DNA of 64,000 bases from Patescibacteria group bacterium (GTDB taxonomy: Bacteria; Patescibacteriota; UBA1384; JBBRAU01). The translations under genes were made by a program, and so were the position numbers. How positions within the stretch are numbered: the stretch's first letter is position 1; every line of letters starts with the position of its first letter. Where the stretch lies: NCBI GenBank assembly GCA_038206475.1, contig JBBRAU010000002.1, positions 13,892 through 77,891 on the forward strand, in the 5' to 3' direction. Below the pieces are notes generated by a model that was not told the origin of the DNA, searched no databases, and worked only from the letters and a program-made list of their open reading frames with translations. This document shows positions 17,686-27,383 of the stretch, in pieces.

Positions 17686-18693
17686 TTAGAACTGGCTCAA
17701 GAAGCGGATGTCATTTTCGACAAGCAGACGAATATCCGGAATATCCGTCGACAGCATGAGCAAGCGATCAAAACCCATGCCAAAGGCATAGCCTACATGC
17801 TCGGCCGGATCAAGCTGCATCTCACGCAAAACGTTTGGATGGACCATGCCGGCCCCGCCAGATTCGAGCCAGCCAGTGTGGGCACAAACGCGGCATCCCT
17901 TTCCTTGGCAGAGCAAGCAGGTAATATCAACCTCAACGCTCGGCTCAGTAAATGGGAAGAAAGAGGGGCGAAAGCGTGCTTTGGCACCGCGGCCAATCAA
18001 TTGTTCGGCAAACTGGTTCAAGGTCCAGAGTAGCTGGCGCAAATTAGCGCCCGGCTCAATAACTAACGCTTCAAACTGGAAGAAAGAGGATAGGTGGCGG
18101 GCATCGGTCGCTTCGTTGCGAAAAACGCGGCCTGGGTACATTACCCGTAGTGGCGGCCGCCGATTCTCAAGTAAACGAATTTGCATATCGGTTACCTGCG
18201 TCCGCATGACTAACTCGGTTTCACCTGTCTCGTTCCGCTCGGCCGATGTGAGGTAAAAGGTGTCCTGAATGTCGCGCGCCGGGTGATCCCGCGGCACGTT
18301 CAGGCGATCAAAATTATATTCGACCGTTTCAATTTCTGGGCCACTGGCGTATTCATAGCCAAGCGATTGAAAGATACTGATGAGCCGGCGCATGAACTGC
18401 GTTTCGGGGTGCAGATGTCCGGTCATAGTCGGCCAGACTACCGATTGCTCTGACCAGCCGGCCTCAAGCGGAACTTCAGCTGTTTGCTCAGCAAACAGTG
18501 CTTCTAGCTCTGCCCGCAGCGCGTTGGCCTCAGCACCGGCTTGGCGACGTGCCGCCTCAGGCAGGTTCTTCAGCGACCGCAGCAACTCTGTCAGTTTACC
18601 GCTGCGCCCTAAGTATTGCTGCCTAAGGGAAATTTTATCGCTGCCAGCTTCAAGCGCTGCCAGCGCCTCCGAGTGGAGTTCTCCAGCCGTCAT
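17686..18693 (-). CDS. pheS: Phenylalanyl-tRNA synthetase alpha subunit
   Basis: Class II motifs (FRNE..., FFPFTEPS, GMGFDRL). Confidence 0.9.
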   Translation of the reverse strand: MTAGELHSEALAALEAGSDKISLRQQYLGRSGKLTELLRSLKNLPEAARRQAGAEANALRAELEALFAEQTAEVPLEAGWSEQSVVWPTMTGHLHPETQFMRRLISIFQSLGYEYASGPEIETVEYNFDRLNVPRDHPARDIQDTFYLTSAERNETGETELVMRTQVTDMQIRLLENRRPPLRVMYPGRVFRNEATDARHLSSFFQFEALVIEPGANLRQLLWTLNQFAEQLIGRGAKARFRPSFFPFTEPSVEVDITCLLCQGKGCRVCAHTGWLESGGAGMVHPNVLREMQLDPAEHVGYAFGMGFDRLLMLSTDIPDIRLLVENDIRFLSQF

Positions 18694-19079
18694 TTCGACC
18701 TGCCGGGCTGGAGTGAGAACGACGACTTTGCGCCAGATCGAAAGAACAGCTCCAAAAGTACCGCCGCCAACAGCAGCGGCAGTGCGTTAGCCCAACTGAG
18801 TAACCGATTGGCTTGCAACAGTAGCAAAATAACGATTGCGCCAGAGACAAGCCCCGCTAAACGCAGCCTCTGGCCAAATTGGCGAGCAGAGCCAAGACGA
18901 GCTAACCACGACAGCAGCAGACAGATCGCCGATGATAAGACGAGCCACAGCACAACGTAAAATAAACTAGCTTGCTCCGCCGTCATCTTCAGTGGATTAA
19001 CCGTGGTCAGCATCACATACAAACCAGCACCGGCAAACAGCAGCACCGTAAAGCAGACAAAGAGCAGCGATTTAACCAC
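18690..19079 (-). CDS. Hypothetical membrane protein
   Basis: Hydrophobic 129-aa ORF between rbfA and pheS, 4-nt overlap with pheS start. Confidence 0.4.
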   Translation of the reverse strand: MVKSLLFVCFTVLLFAGAGLYVMLTTVNPLKMTAEQASLFYVVLWLVLSSAICLLLSWLARLGSARQFGQRLRLAGLVSGAIVILLLLQANRLLSWANALPLLLAAVLLELFFRSGAKSSFSLQPGRSK

Positions 19080-19407
19080 GGCTCTCCCCCTCTACCTGCT
19101 CAAGCAATTCGTCGACCCGGCTAACATGCTCCGCCGAATGGTCTAAGTAAAAATGCAACTCCGGCGCATATTTAAAATCATATTTGTGAAATATTTGCGT
19201 GCTAAAGCGTGGCGCCTCGTTGTGCAGGCGAACCAGCAAATTGTCTGGTGCGGTAGCTAAACTGCGCACAAACACTTTGGCTTGGCGCAAATCAGGCGAG
19301 ACCTCAACCGCCGTTACGGTGAGCGTTGGCCCGGGCAGCACCTCAAACAGCAGCTCCGCAACCGCTCGCCGAAACAATTCGCTGACACGCTCGGTACGCC
19401 TTGACAT
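19072..19407 (-). CDS. rbfA: Ribosome-binding factor A
   Basis: RbfA pattern (R..RV...L.......TVTAVEVSPDLRQAKVFV); start at internal ATG 19407. Confidence 0.7.
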   Translation of the reverse strand: MSRRTERVSELFRRAVAELLFEVLPGPTLTVTAVEVSPDLRQAKVFVRSLATAPDNLLVRLHNEAPRFSTQIFHKYDFKYAPELHFYLDHSAEHVSRVDELLEQVEGESRG

Positions 19408-19501
19408 AGTAGGCCAACTATAGCAGCAATATGCGGGTGTGGGTAGCAGAAGAGGTTTTGGCTTCAACGCACACTGCTACTACAGTACTTTTCAGGATGC
19501 A

Positions 19502-19532
19502 CAAAAATAGCGGCCCCTCAGGACCGCTATTT
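19502..19532. terminator. Bidirectional hairpin terminator downstream of rpsI
   Basis: ATAGCGG...CCGCTAT stem flanked by AAAA and TTTT. Confidence 0.5.
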
Positions 19533-19670
19533 TATACAATAGATTGAGCGAGGTGCTGGCTTTGCCAAGCCTCGCGAACTCCTGCTGAAAGGGAGGAGGT
19601 GATTTGCCTGCAAATCACGGTCGGAAGGGAAAATTACAAGCGTAGCGCAGTAGCTGTCCCTCCGAGCCCT

Positions 19671-20141
19671 TTAGCGTTTGGCGAACTGCGGAGCGCGGCG
19701 GGCCGACTTCAGACCGTACTTCTTACGTTCACGCTCACGAGCGTCACGGGTCAAGAAGCCAGCGTGCTTCAAAGTTGGTTTAAAATCTGGGTTTAAGTCG
19801 ATTAAAGCCCGGGCTAAACCGAGGCGAATGGCCATCGGCTGACTAGCATAGCCGCCGCCGGCAACGAGAATAGAGATGTCCCACTTATTCGTTTCGCCAA
19901 CGAGCTTGAGCGGCTCAAGAACGTAGTCAGGCAGCACCTTCTCTACTTTATTGATAACAACTTTGCCACTGCCGGAGGTGATACGCACCTGGGCAACTGC
20001 CCGTTTGCGGCGGCCAGTACCGCCTTTGGCGGTTGTCGCCTTGTCCCCATGTGAGGACTTGGTTTTTGCACTTGGTACGGCCGGTGCCTGAGCAGCGCTC
20101 TGGGGCTGAGTTGAATTATCGGTTTTTAACATAGTCGGCAT
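19671..20141 (-). CDS. rpsI: 30S ribosomal protein S9
   Basis: GGGYASQ...[13 protein letters not shown]...RRAPQFAKR. Confidence 0.9.
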   Translation of the reverse strand: MPTMLKTDNSTQPQSAAQAPAVPSAKTKSSHGDKATTAKGGTGRRKRAVAQVRITSGSGKVVINKVEKVLPDYVLEPLKLVGETNKWDISILVAGGGYASQPMAIRLGLARALIDLNPDFKPTLKHAGFLTRDARERERKKYGLKSARRAPQFAKR

Positions 20142-20143
20142 AC

Positions 20144-20659
20144 TTACTCCACGCTCTTCTCAATGGTGGCTGCACTATCACTGGCGACCATTTTGACTTC
20201 TTGCTGGGTGTGCGGATGCTCAGCACCGAGATAAACATGCAAGCGCTGAATCATTAAGTCACCCAGTTTGTTCTGCGGCAACATGCCGCGGACGGCGTGA
20301 CGGAACATTTCATCCTGTTTGCCAGCACGAATCTTATCCGCGGCAGAAAATATTTTTAAGCCGCCTGGATAACCGGAGTGCCTGGCGTACTGTTTCTGCT
20401 CAGCCTTGCGGCCGGTCAGCACCAAGTCGGCGGCGTTAACAATAATCACCTCGTCACCTTGGTCAATGTACGGGACATAGCTTGGTTTGTGCTTGCCAAT
20501 CAATAGTTTAGCGGCAGCGCTAGCCACCCGGCCAAGCGGCCGATGTTTGGCGTCAAGCTGCCACCAGGTCCGCAGATCGCCTCGGCCAACATGTTGGCGG
20601 TTGGCTTTTTGCGACAGAGTAACAGGAGGTGCAGGTGTTTTGGCAGTAGTTTCAGGCAT
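20144..20659 (-). CDS. rplM: 50S ribosomal protein L13
   Basis: WWQLDA..PLGRVAS..LIGKHK...GD.VIIVNA; start at ATG 20659. Confidence 0.9.
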   Translation of the reverse strand: MPETTAKTPAPPVTLSQKANRQHVGRGDLRTWWQLDAKHRPLGRVASAAAKLLIGKHKPSYVPYIDQGDEVIIVNAADLVLTGRKAEQKQYARHSGYPGGLKIFSAADKIRAGKQDEMFRHAVRGMLPQNKLGDLMIQRLHVYLGAEHPHTQQEVKMVASDSAATIEKSVE

Positions 20660-21164
20660 TTTGGTCCTCAGTCTTTTTGGCGCGAGCGGCATGTGGTTTG
20701 TCGGCAGTCTTTGTTTCCTTACTGCCGCGGCGGCGGACGGTCACGTTCGTGTCAGAGGTGGCCGGTGAGGCAACCTCAGCACTGCGGGTGACTGCAAACG
20801 GAGCGGCGCCGATAATTTCCAGCTGCATGACGCTGGCACCGTCACCGAGCCGAGCCGGCAGGCGGGTTAAGCGAACGTAACCACTTGGCCGGTCAGCCAA
20901 TTTTGGCGCCCAGTACTCAACGGCTTTTTTGGCCGCCAGCGGATCAGCCACACTGGCAAACAGCGTGCGCGTGGCCGGCAGGTTATCACCAACCGCAGCC
21001 CGCTTAGCCAGACCAAGAATTTTCTCAACTTGGCCGCGGACGGCTTTGGCCTTCGCTTCAGTTGTCTCAACCCGCTCAAACAGAATCAGGCTGGTCGCCA
21101 GGTTTTTCAGCATGTGGCTGCGGTGAGCCGACTTGCGACCAAGTTTGCGGGTAGAAGCAGGCAT
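20652..21164 (-). CDS. rplQ: 50S ribosomal protein L17
   Basis: LGRKSAHRSHMLKNLATSLILFERVETTEAKAK. Confidence 0.9.
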   Translation of the reverse strand: MPASTRKLGRKSAHRSHMLKNLATSLILFERVETTEAKAKAVRGQVEKILGLAKRAAVGDNLPATRTLFASVADPLAAKKAVEYWAPKLADRPSGYVRLTRLPARLGDGASVMQLEIIGAAPFAVTRSAEVASPATSDTNVTVRRRGSKETKTADKPHAARAKKTEDQNA

Positions 21165-21165
21165 C

Positions 21166-22146
21166 TTAGCTTTCGCGATCCGCGTTGCTCACCAAACGCT
21201 TCGCGTTTGTCGGGAGCCCTTCGCGTTGGCCACGGAGTAGGCGAATTTCTTGCTTGTTGCGCTCAGTCAAGCCTTCAAGCGCCAGCACGGCCTCTTCAGC
21301 CGCATCACGGACAGCGCCAACGGTAATAAAACCGCCAGTTTCTAAAATTTTAGCAATTTTCGGCGTCAGACCAGCCTCTTGGATAACTGTCTCATCTGGC
21401 ACCATGCGGGGACCGGCAGCGGCTTCACGCAGAACCGGCGCCGAGGCTTCGCCCTTGCTCTGGGCGCGAATAGACTCAAATTGTTCGGTCAAAATATCCA
21501 TCGCTTGTTGAAAGGCCTCTTTTGGTGCGGTCGTACCGTCAGTCGTGACAATGAGTGCCAACTTGTCGTAGTTGGTCATTTGGCCGACACGAGTGTCTTC
21601 AATTTGCATTTCAACGTGCGTGACGGGTGAGTAGAGTGCATCCAGGGCAATGGTTCCGAGCGGCGTGCTGCCGCCACCAAGGCTACTGCGCTGCTCAACG
21701 GTTTGATAACCGCGGCCGCGTTCCGCTTGTACGGTCAGGCTGAGACTGCCGTCTTTATCTAGGGTGGCAATGGCCAAGTCAGGGTTTTTGATGTCAACTT
21801 GGTCGGATTTTTTAAAGTCAGCTGCGGTCACCATGCTTGGACCTTTTTTGCTCAGTGACAGCTCAACCGGGCCGTCTGAGTGCAGCTGCAAACGCAGTGC
21901 TTTTAAGTTTAAGGTCAGCTCAACAACATCCTCTTTGACGCCCGGCAAGGTCGAGAACTCATGGGTGGCACCCTCAAATTGGACCGAGACCAATGAGGCA
22001 CCCGGCAGCGAGGACAGCAAAACGCGCCGAATGGCGTTGCCGACGGTTGGTCCGTAGCCTGGGAACAATGGGGTGATCGTAAAGCGAGACTGAGTGGCGC
22101 CGAGCGTTTCCTCCGTCCAAGCTGGGGTGGTGATATCAACAATCAT
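21166..22146 (-). CDS. rpoA: DNA-directed RNA polymerase alpha subunit
   Basis: GPTVGNAIRRVLLSSLPGA block; start at ATG 22146 with AAGGAG SD. Confidence 0.95.
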   Translation of the reverse strand: MIVDITTPAWTEETLGATQSRFTITPLFPGYGPTVGNAIRRVLLSSLPGASLVSVQFEGATHEFSTLPGVKEDVVELTLNLKALRLQLHSDGPVELSLSKKGPSMVTAADFKKSDQVDIKNPDLAIATLDKDGSLSLTVQAERGRGYQTVEQRSSLGGGSTPLGTIALDALYSPVTHVEMQIEDTRVGQMTNYDKLALIVTTDGTTAPKEAFQQAMDILTEQFESIRAQSKGEASAPVLREAAAGPRMVPDETVIQEAGLTPKIAKILETGGFITVGAVRDAAEEAVLALEGLTERNKQEIRLLRGQREGLPTNAKRLVSNADRES

Positions 22147-22165
22147 GTTTGACTCCTTAACCGGC

Positions 22166-22762
22166 CTACCGGCTGTAATACTCAACAATTAATTCACGGT
22201 CGAGTTCACTGGGCATCTCTTCGGTTTCAGGCGCGTGCAGCACCTCAATGGTACGGCTTGCAGCGGTCGCTTTCAGCCAACTGGGCGTTTCTTCAAAAGT
22301 CGAGCGCGGAAAGACATCTGGGCCAACAATTTGCAGTCGGTCATTTGGGCTGGCAATAATTGAGGCAATGGTCACTTTCTTACCATTTTGCTTGATGTGG
22401 CCATGGCTAATCATTTGGCGGGCCAGGGAACGGGAGGCGGCTAAACCGGCACGGTAGAGAATGTTGTCCAGACGCAGCTCGAGCATACGCACCAGGTTTT
22501 CACCGGTGTCGCCTTGGCGGCGGACTGCCTCACCAAAGAAGCGCTTGAGCTGCTCTTCGCGCAGGCCATAAATGGCCTTAGCGCGCTGCTTCTCGTGCAG
22601 CTGGCGACCATATTCTGAAATTTTAATTCTCATGGTTGGACCATGCTCACCTGGCGGATAGGTGCGGCGGCTAACAGGGCATTTCTGAGAGAAACACTTC
22701 TCGCCCTTTAAAAACAGCTTTTTACCTTCACGACGACAACGACGACAAACCGGTTCGTGCAT
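22166..22762 (-). CDS. rpsD: 30S ribosomal protein S4 (Cys-cluster N-terminus)
   Basis: SRR..PPGEHG..YGRQLHEKQ...RLDNILYRAG. Confidence 0.9.
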   Translation of the reverse strand: MHEPVCRRCRREGKKLFLKGEKCFSQKCPVSRRTYPPGEHGPTMRIKISEYGRQLHEKQRAKAIYGLREEQLKRFFGEAVRRQGDTGENLVRMLELRLDNILYRAGLAASRSLARQMISHGHIKQNGKKVTIASIIASPNDRLQIVGPDVFPRSTFEETPSWLKATAASRTIEVLHAPETEEMPSELDRELIVEYYSR

Positions 22763-22777
22763 AACGTCCTTTCCTGC

Positions 22778-23179
22778 CTAAACCCGCCGGGCTTTTTTAG
22801 GCCGGCAACCGTTGTGAGGGATGGGGGTGCGATCTTTTAAGGCTGAGATGCTGAAACCGCCGGTTGAGAAGGCGCGCAGGGCGGCATCACGGCCAGAGCC
22901 AACACCGGTGACGGTGACGGCAATGTCGTGCAGACCAAACTGACGAGCTTTCTCAATCACGCGCTGTGTTGCCACGGTAGCAGCGTACGGAGTAGAGCGG
23001 CGGGCACCCTTAAAACCGCTGGATCCGGCCGAAGACCAAGCCAAAACCGCACCAGTCGGATCAGTGACCGAGATGATGGTGTTGTTGAACGTCGCTTGAA
23101 TATACACTCGGCCTTTAGGGACTTGGCGGAGCTGTTTCTTGCGACGAGGCGTGGCGACGGTTGGCGTGGCGGTTGGCAT
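22778..23179 (-). CDS. rpsK: 30S ribosomal protein S11
   Basis: IQATFNNTIISVTDPTG...IPHNGCRPKKARRV. Confidence 0.9.
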   Translation of the reverse strand: MPTATPTVATPRRKKQLRQVPKGRVYIQATFNNTIISVTDPTGAVLAWSSAGSSGFKGARRSTPYAATVATQRVIEKARQFGLHDIAVTVTGVGSGRDAALRAFSTGGFSISALKDRTPIPHNGCRPKKARRV

Positions 23180-23192
23180 AGGTATATTCTTT

Positions 23193-23582
23193 CTACGTCT
23201 TCTGGCCCGACGGCTTTTTACCGGAGGCGGCGGTCATGCGTTTGTTGCCGCGAACGGTGCGTGAGTTGGTTTTTGTCTGCTGACCGCGCACGGGCAGATG
23301 CTTTTTGTGACGCAGGCCTCGGTAGCTGTTGATTTCTACCAAGCGCTTAATATTTTGGCCAATCTGCATGCGCAGATCGCCCTCTACTTTGTACTGTTTT
23401 TCAATCAAATTGCGCAGGCGGTCAACTTCAGCGTCAGACAGCTCTTTCGTCCGTTTGCCGGTCTCAATTTTGGCCTGCTCCAACACGGAGCGACTGCTGG
23501 TTGGCCCAATACCATAAATATAGCGAAGGGCGATCGCAATCGGCTTGTCGGCCGGAAGGTTCACACCTGCAATACGTGCCAT
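23193..23582 (-). CDS. rpsM: 30S ribosomal protein S13
   Basis: MARIAGVNLP..K...IAL..IYGIG. Confidence 0.9.
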   Translation of the reverse strand: MARIAGVNLPADKPIAIALRYIYGIGPTSSRSVLEQAKIETGKRTKELSDAEVDRLRNLIEKQYKVEGDLRMQIGQNIKRLVEINSYRGLRHKKHLPVRGQQTKTNSRTVRGNKRMTAASGKKPSGQKT

Positions 23583-23585
23583 AAT

Positions 23586-23939
23586 TTACTTTTCCTCTAC
23601 CCTTGGCGCTGTTTGTGTTTGGGGTTGCTGCAGATTACTCGAACCACTCCCCGGCGTTTGAGGGACTGGCAGTTGAGACACATTTTTTTTACCGAAGCTC
23701 GGACCTTCATGTTGTACCTCTTCCTTCTGCAGGCGGCGGACAATCCGACCGCGCGTTAAATCGTAGGGCGACATCTCAACCGTCACCTGATCACCAGGCA
23801 ACAATTTAATGAAATGCTTGCGCATCTTTCCGCCGACGTAGGCCAAAACTTCGTGGCCAGACTCAAGGCGTACCCGAAACATTGCACTCGGCAGTGCTTC
23901 CAGCACACTTCCAGTCAAAGCGATAGTGTCACCGGCCAA
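23586..23939 (-). CDS. infA: Translation initiation factor IF-1 with ~50-codon C-terminal read-through overlapping rpmJ
   Basis: S1-like IF-1 core ([52 protein letters not shown]); TTG start; no in-frame stop until 23586. Confidence 0.75.
   Translation of the reverse strand: MAGDTIALTGSVLEALPSAMFRVRLESGHEVLAYVGGKMRKHFIKLLPGDQVTVEMSPYDLTRGRIVRRLQKEEVQHEGPSFGKKNVSQLPVPQTPGSGSSNLQQPQTQTAPRVEEK
23597..23710 (-). CDS. rpmJ: 50S ribosomal protein L36
   Basis: Manual translation gives [37 protein letters not shown], a canonical L36 with C11, C14, C27, H32 zinc ligands; below the ORF-track length cutoff. Confidence 0.85.
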   Translation of the reverse strand: MKVRASVKKMCLNCQSLKRRGVVRVICSNPKHKQRQG

Positions 23940-24088
23940 AGCGGTACATCCTCTCAGGGTTGTTTGAGATACTCAAGACGCTCAAAAAATCGGAGCCGAT
24001 ACGCCGAACGTAGCAATGCAACATTCGATCGGCCTGACGTGCTTTAAGGTAGCAAACTATCGTCATTTGGTCAAGCATTCGCCCACGC

Positions 24089-24835
24089 TCAGGCGGTCAG
24101 AATTCGCGGGCCGTTTTTCGTCACGGCAATGGTATGCTCAAAGTGAGCGGACGGCTGGCCGTCGGCGGTGGTCACCGTCCAATCATCCTGACCAAAACTG
24201 AGATCGGCAACGCCAACATTGACCATCGGTTCAATAGCCAAGACCATCCCCAATTCTAAGGGTATATCGCCGTCAGGAGTAACAAAATTCGGCACGTTTG
24301 GATCTTCGTGGACGGCGTAGCCGACGCCGTGACCGACAAAGTCACGCACCAGCGTAAAGCCAGCCGGCTCAACAAACTCTTGAATAGCCCGACCGATGTC
24401 ATTCAAAGTATTTCCCAGGGTCGCAGCGGCAATGCCGCGAGCCAGCGACTCCTCGGTGACGCTCAACAGACGGCGTCGCGATTCGTCAATCTCGGCAACC
24501 GGCACCGTTACTGCTGTGTCGGTGTAGAGGCCATCGTAGTAAATGCCGAGATCGAGGCCGACAATTTGGCCAGCTTTCAGTTTGACAGCAGTTGGCAAGC
24601 CGTGCACCACCTGGCTGTCGGGCGAAACACACAACGCCGCCGGAAAGCCTTGGTAGTCCAAAAAGGCCGGTTCGGCTCCAGCGGCTTTGATAAATTCACG
24701 CGCGCGCTGGTCTAGTTCAATGCCACTGACCCCAGGCTTAACCATCGAGGCCACCTGAGCCAAAATATTGGCCAACAGGTGGCCGCCCTTAGCCAAGCGG
24801 TCAATTTCAGCGTCGGTTTTTGTCTGCTTCATCAC
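24089..24835 (-). CDS. map: Methionine aminopeptidase, type I
   Basis: MetAP fold motifs including GHGVG..HE. Confidence 0.9.
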   Translation of the reverse strand: MMKQTKTDAEIDRLAKGGHLLANILAQVASMVKPGVSGIELDQRAREFIKAAGAEPAFLDYQGFPAALCVSPDSQVVHGLPTAVKLKAGQIVGLDLGIYYDGLYTDTAVTVPVAEIDESRRRLLSVTEESLARGIAAATLGNTLNDIGRAIQEFVEPAGFTLVRDFVGHGVGYAVHEDPNVPNFVTPDGDIPLELGMVLAIEPMVNVGVADLSFGQDDWTVTTADGQPSAHFEHTIAVTKNGPRILTA

Positions 24836-25478
24836 TTTCCTTTATAGCTTGCTTAATTCGTTTGCTGACGGCCGGAACTGTGCCGTGGCCAGAAACGGTC
24901 AACAAGCGGCCGCGAGATTGAAAATAACGGCGCAGCGGTCGGCTCGTGCGTGCAAATAGGCGCAACCTAGCGCGGGCAACTTCCGGGGCATCATCGGCTC
25001 GGCGAATCAGTATTGCTTGGTCGTGCTGGCAGCGGCCTGTTTTAAACGACTGTTGGCGCGGATAGTAACTGCGGTGACAGGTCGGACAAATAAGCCTTTT
25101 CTGCAGCCGCTTCAGTGCTTCGGCTTGGGTAATTTTGATGTAAATAGCTGTGGGCAACGGCCGACCAAGTTTGATCAGCAGGTGATCAAGCCACTTGGCC
25201 TGGCTGACTGTGCGCGGCGTGCCGTCAAAAATTAATTTGCGTTTGCGGCCAGCAGCCTCGATGTTGTGCTCCAATGTCGGCAATAGCAGCTCATCGGGAA
25301 TCAGTTTACCCTGAAGCATGGCGTTTGCCGCTTCGTGGCCGGCTTTTGTCGGACTGTTAGCCAATGCCCGCGTTACATCACCGCTGGAAATGACCGCTGC
25401 GCGCCAAGAGCGGCGCAAACGTTCGGCCTGTGTACCCTTACCGCTGCCCTGTGGCCCAAGAAAGATTGTACTCTGCAC
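24807..25478 (-). CDS. adk: Adenylate kinase
   Basis: P-loop LGPQGSGKGTQ; Cys4 lid (CPTC...C..H); GTG start. Confidence 0.9.
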   Translation of the reverse strand: MQSTIFLGPQGSGKGTQAERLRRSWRAAVISSGDVTRALANSPTKAGHEAANAMLQGKLIPDELLLPTLEHNIEAAGRKRKLIFDGTPRTVSQAKWLDHLLIKLGRPLPTAIYIKITQAEALKRLQKRLICPTCHRSYYPRQQSFKTGRCQHDQAILIRRADDAPEVARARLRLFARTSRPLRRYFQSRGRLLTVSGHGTVPAVSKRIKQAIKESDEADKNRR

Positions 25479-25624
25479 AGCCCGAGCCTAGCTTATAGAC
25501 AGCAAAATTGCCACCTCTCCTTGCTTTTTGTCGCTTATATGCTATGCAAAGTGATTCACACCTGGGCAATCATGCCCATTTTTCTCTCAAGTAGAGCGAG
25601 AGAGAAGTTTGCCGTCAGCAAAAC

Positions 25625-26935
25625 TTAGTCCAGTTCGTAAGTAGAGGTAACTATCTGAGCTCGGACGGCCAGCATCGTTTCAATAACAACGGAGACAACA
25701 ATTAATAAGCCGGTGCCGCCGAGCGAGAAGGTGTTGTTGCCGAGCAGACGCTGAACCACCGTCGGCAAAATAGCCACGATACCGAGGAAAACGGCGCCAA
25801 ACAGCGTCAGGCGCATCAGCACCAAACTAATGTAGCGCTCAGTCTCACCGCCCGGCCGGACGCCCGGAATATAGCCGGACTGCTTTTGCAGGTTCTCAGC
25901 GATATTTTTCGGTTGGAAGATGACAAAGGTGTAGAAGAAGGTGAAAACGACCACCAAAATGAAGTATAGGAGCGGGTAGTAGGTGGCGGTCGGCCGCGTG
26001 AAGTTAATGACCGCCTGAGCGCCATCCCGGAGCCAAGCTGAGCGGGCATGCAGGAAGAACTGGGCCATGAAGCTCGGTGTAATCAACAATGAAATGGCAA
26101 AGATAATTGGAATGACGCCGGCCGAGTTGACCCGCAGCGGCAAATTCGACGGAACCTGCGATTGCACTCCTTGGCGCACACCGCGGGCATAGACGACCGG
26201 AATGTTACGGATGGCTTGGGTGACGGCTACAACTAGGGCCAAAATGACCACCGCGACAATGGCCACAATGCCGTACTGAATAAGCATGGCAGTGTCCATT
26301 TGCGACAAATCAAGTCCAGACAGCGAAACGGAAATACCGGCCAGCGCCAATGAACGGCCAATTAAACTCGGTAGGCCAGATAGAATGCCAAGGATAATAA
26401 TTAACGAGATACCATTACCGATGCCTCGCTCAGAGATAACCTCTCCGAGCCACATCAAGAGCACCGTACCAGCGGCGGTAGCGGTTAGCATCAGAAACAG
26501 CGATGGTGCCGACAATGTCTGCAACAAACCTTGGCTTTTGAGCAATGCAACGGTGCCGTAACCCTGCAAATAAGCTAGTGGTACAGCGAGATAGCGCGTG
26601 TATTGCTGAATTTTCTGCTGACCGTACTGGCCCTCTTTTTGTAACGCTTCTAATGACGGCACGACGTAGGCAAGCAACTGAAAAACAATCGAGGCGGTAA
26701 TATAAGGGCCGACACCAAGCATAGCCAGTGACAGCCGGCTAATTGAGCCACCCGAAAACAGCTCGAGCAAACCGAGGAATTGGTTGCCAGACAATAATTG
26801 GCCTAGCTCGGCCTTAGGTACACCAGGCGCCGGAATGTGCGCCAGTGCCCGGGCGGCCAAAAGCAACCCGAAGGTCGTCAGCACTCGTCCCCTTACGTCA
26901 CTAAGTGCCCAGAGCGAACGCAAACGGGCAAACAT
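25625..26935 (-). CDS. secY: Preprotein translocase subunit SecY
   Basis: 436 aa, about ten hydrophobic helices, conserved position after rplO. Confidence 0.95.
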   Translation of the reverse strand: MFARLRSLWALSDVRGRVLTTFGLLLAARALAHIPAPGVPKAELGQLLSGNQFLGLLELFSGGSISRLSLAMLGVGPYITASIVFQLLAYVVPSLEALQKEGQYGQQKIQQYTRYLAVPLAYLQGYGTVALLKSQGLLQTLSAPSLFLMLTATAAGTVLLMWLGEVISERGIGNGISLIIILGILSGLPSLIGRSLALAGISVSLSGLDLSQMDTAMLIQYGIVAIVAVVILALVVAVTQAIRNIPVVYARGVRQGVQSQVPSNLPLRVNSAGVIPIIFAISLLITPSFMAQFFLHARSAWLRDGAQAVINFTRPTATYYPLLYFILVVVFTFFYTFVIFQPKNIAENLQKQSGYIPGVRPGGETERYISLVLMRLTLFGAVFLGIVAILPTVVQRLLGNNTFSLGGTGLLIVVSVVIETMLAVRAQIVTSTYELD

Positions 26936-26936
26936 A

Positions 26937-27383
26937 CTAGGCTGCTTTAGTTGAAGTTTGGGTAGTCAAAATGCCCAAGTGAGCGGCGACGCTCTTGGTC
27001 GTGGCAATGCCAGACAGGCTGAAGCGTTTGCTCATGTTCGGCGTGGCGACAATTTTGACAGTACCAGGGCGCGTGCGGAGCAGGCCAACCTGTTTTAAGC
27101 GCTGCGGCGTAATAACTGCTCCCTCGTCAAAGCTCGCTTCAAGCGCCGAAAAACGGACGGTGGCCGATTTTGGCGTCAGTGAGCGGAAACCGTTCAGTTT
27201 TGGCAGGCGTTGCACCAGCGGTGTTTGCCCACCTTCAAAGCGCCGCGGGATGTTGTGGCCCGTGCGCGAGTTTTGACCCTTCGTACCGCGGCCAGCGGTT
27301 TTACCCTGGCCAGCGGCAATACCGCGCCCGACACGGCGGCGGCTCTGCTTCGGCATTGAGACGCGAATATCATGCAGTTGCAT
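26937..27383 (-). CDS. rplO: 50S ribosomal protein L15
   Basis: MQLHDIR...GRGIAAGQGKTAGRGTKGQ; start at internal ATG 27383. Confidence 0.85.
   Translation of the reverse strand: MQLHDIRVSMPKQSRRRVGRGIAAGQGKTAGRGTKGQNSRTGHNIPRRFEGGQTPLVQRLPKLNGFRSLTPKSATVRFSALEASFDEGAVITPQRLKQVGLLRTRPGTVKIVATPNMSKRFSLSGIATTKSVAAHLGILTTQTSTKAA

Noticed and set aside
19599-19796. Plus-strand ORF preceded by GGGAGGAGG
   Set aside because: The SD-like run abuts the GTG with no spacing, the ORF is antisense to the 3' end of rpsI, and the region is better explained as a terminator and spacer
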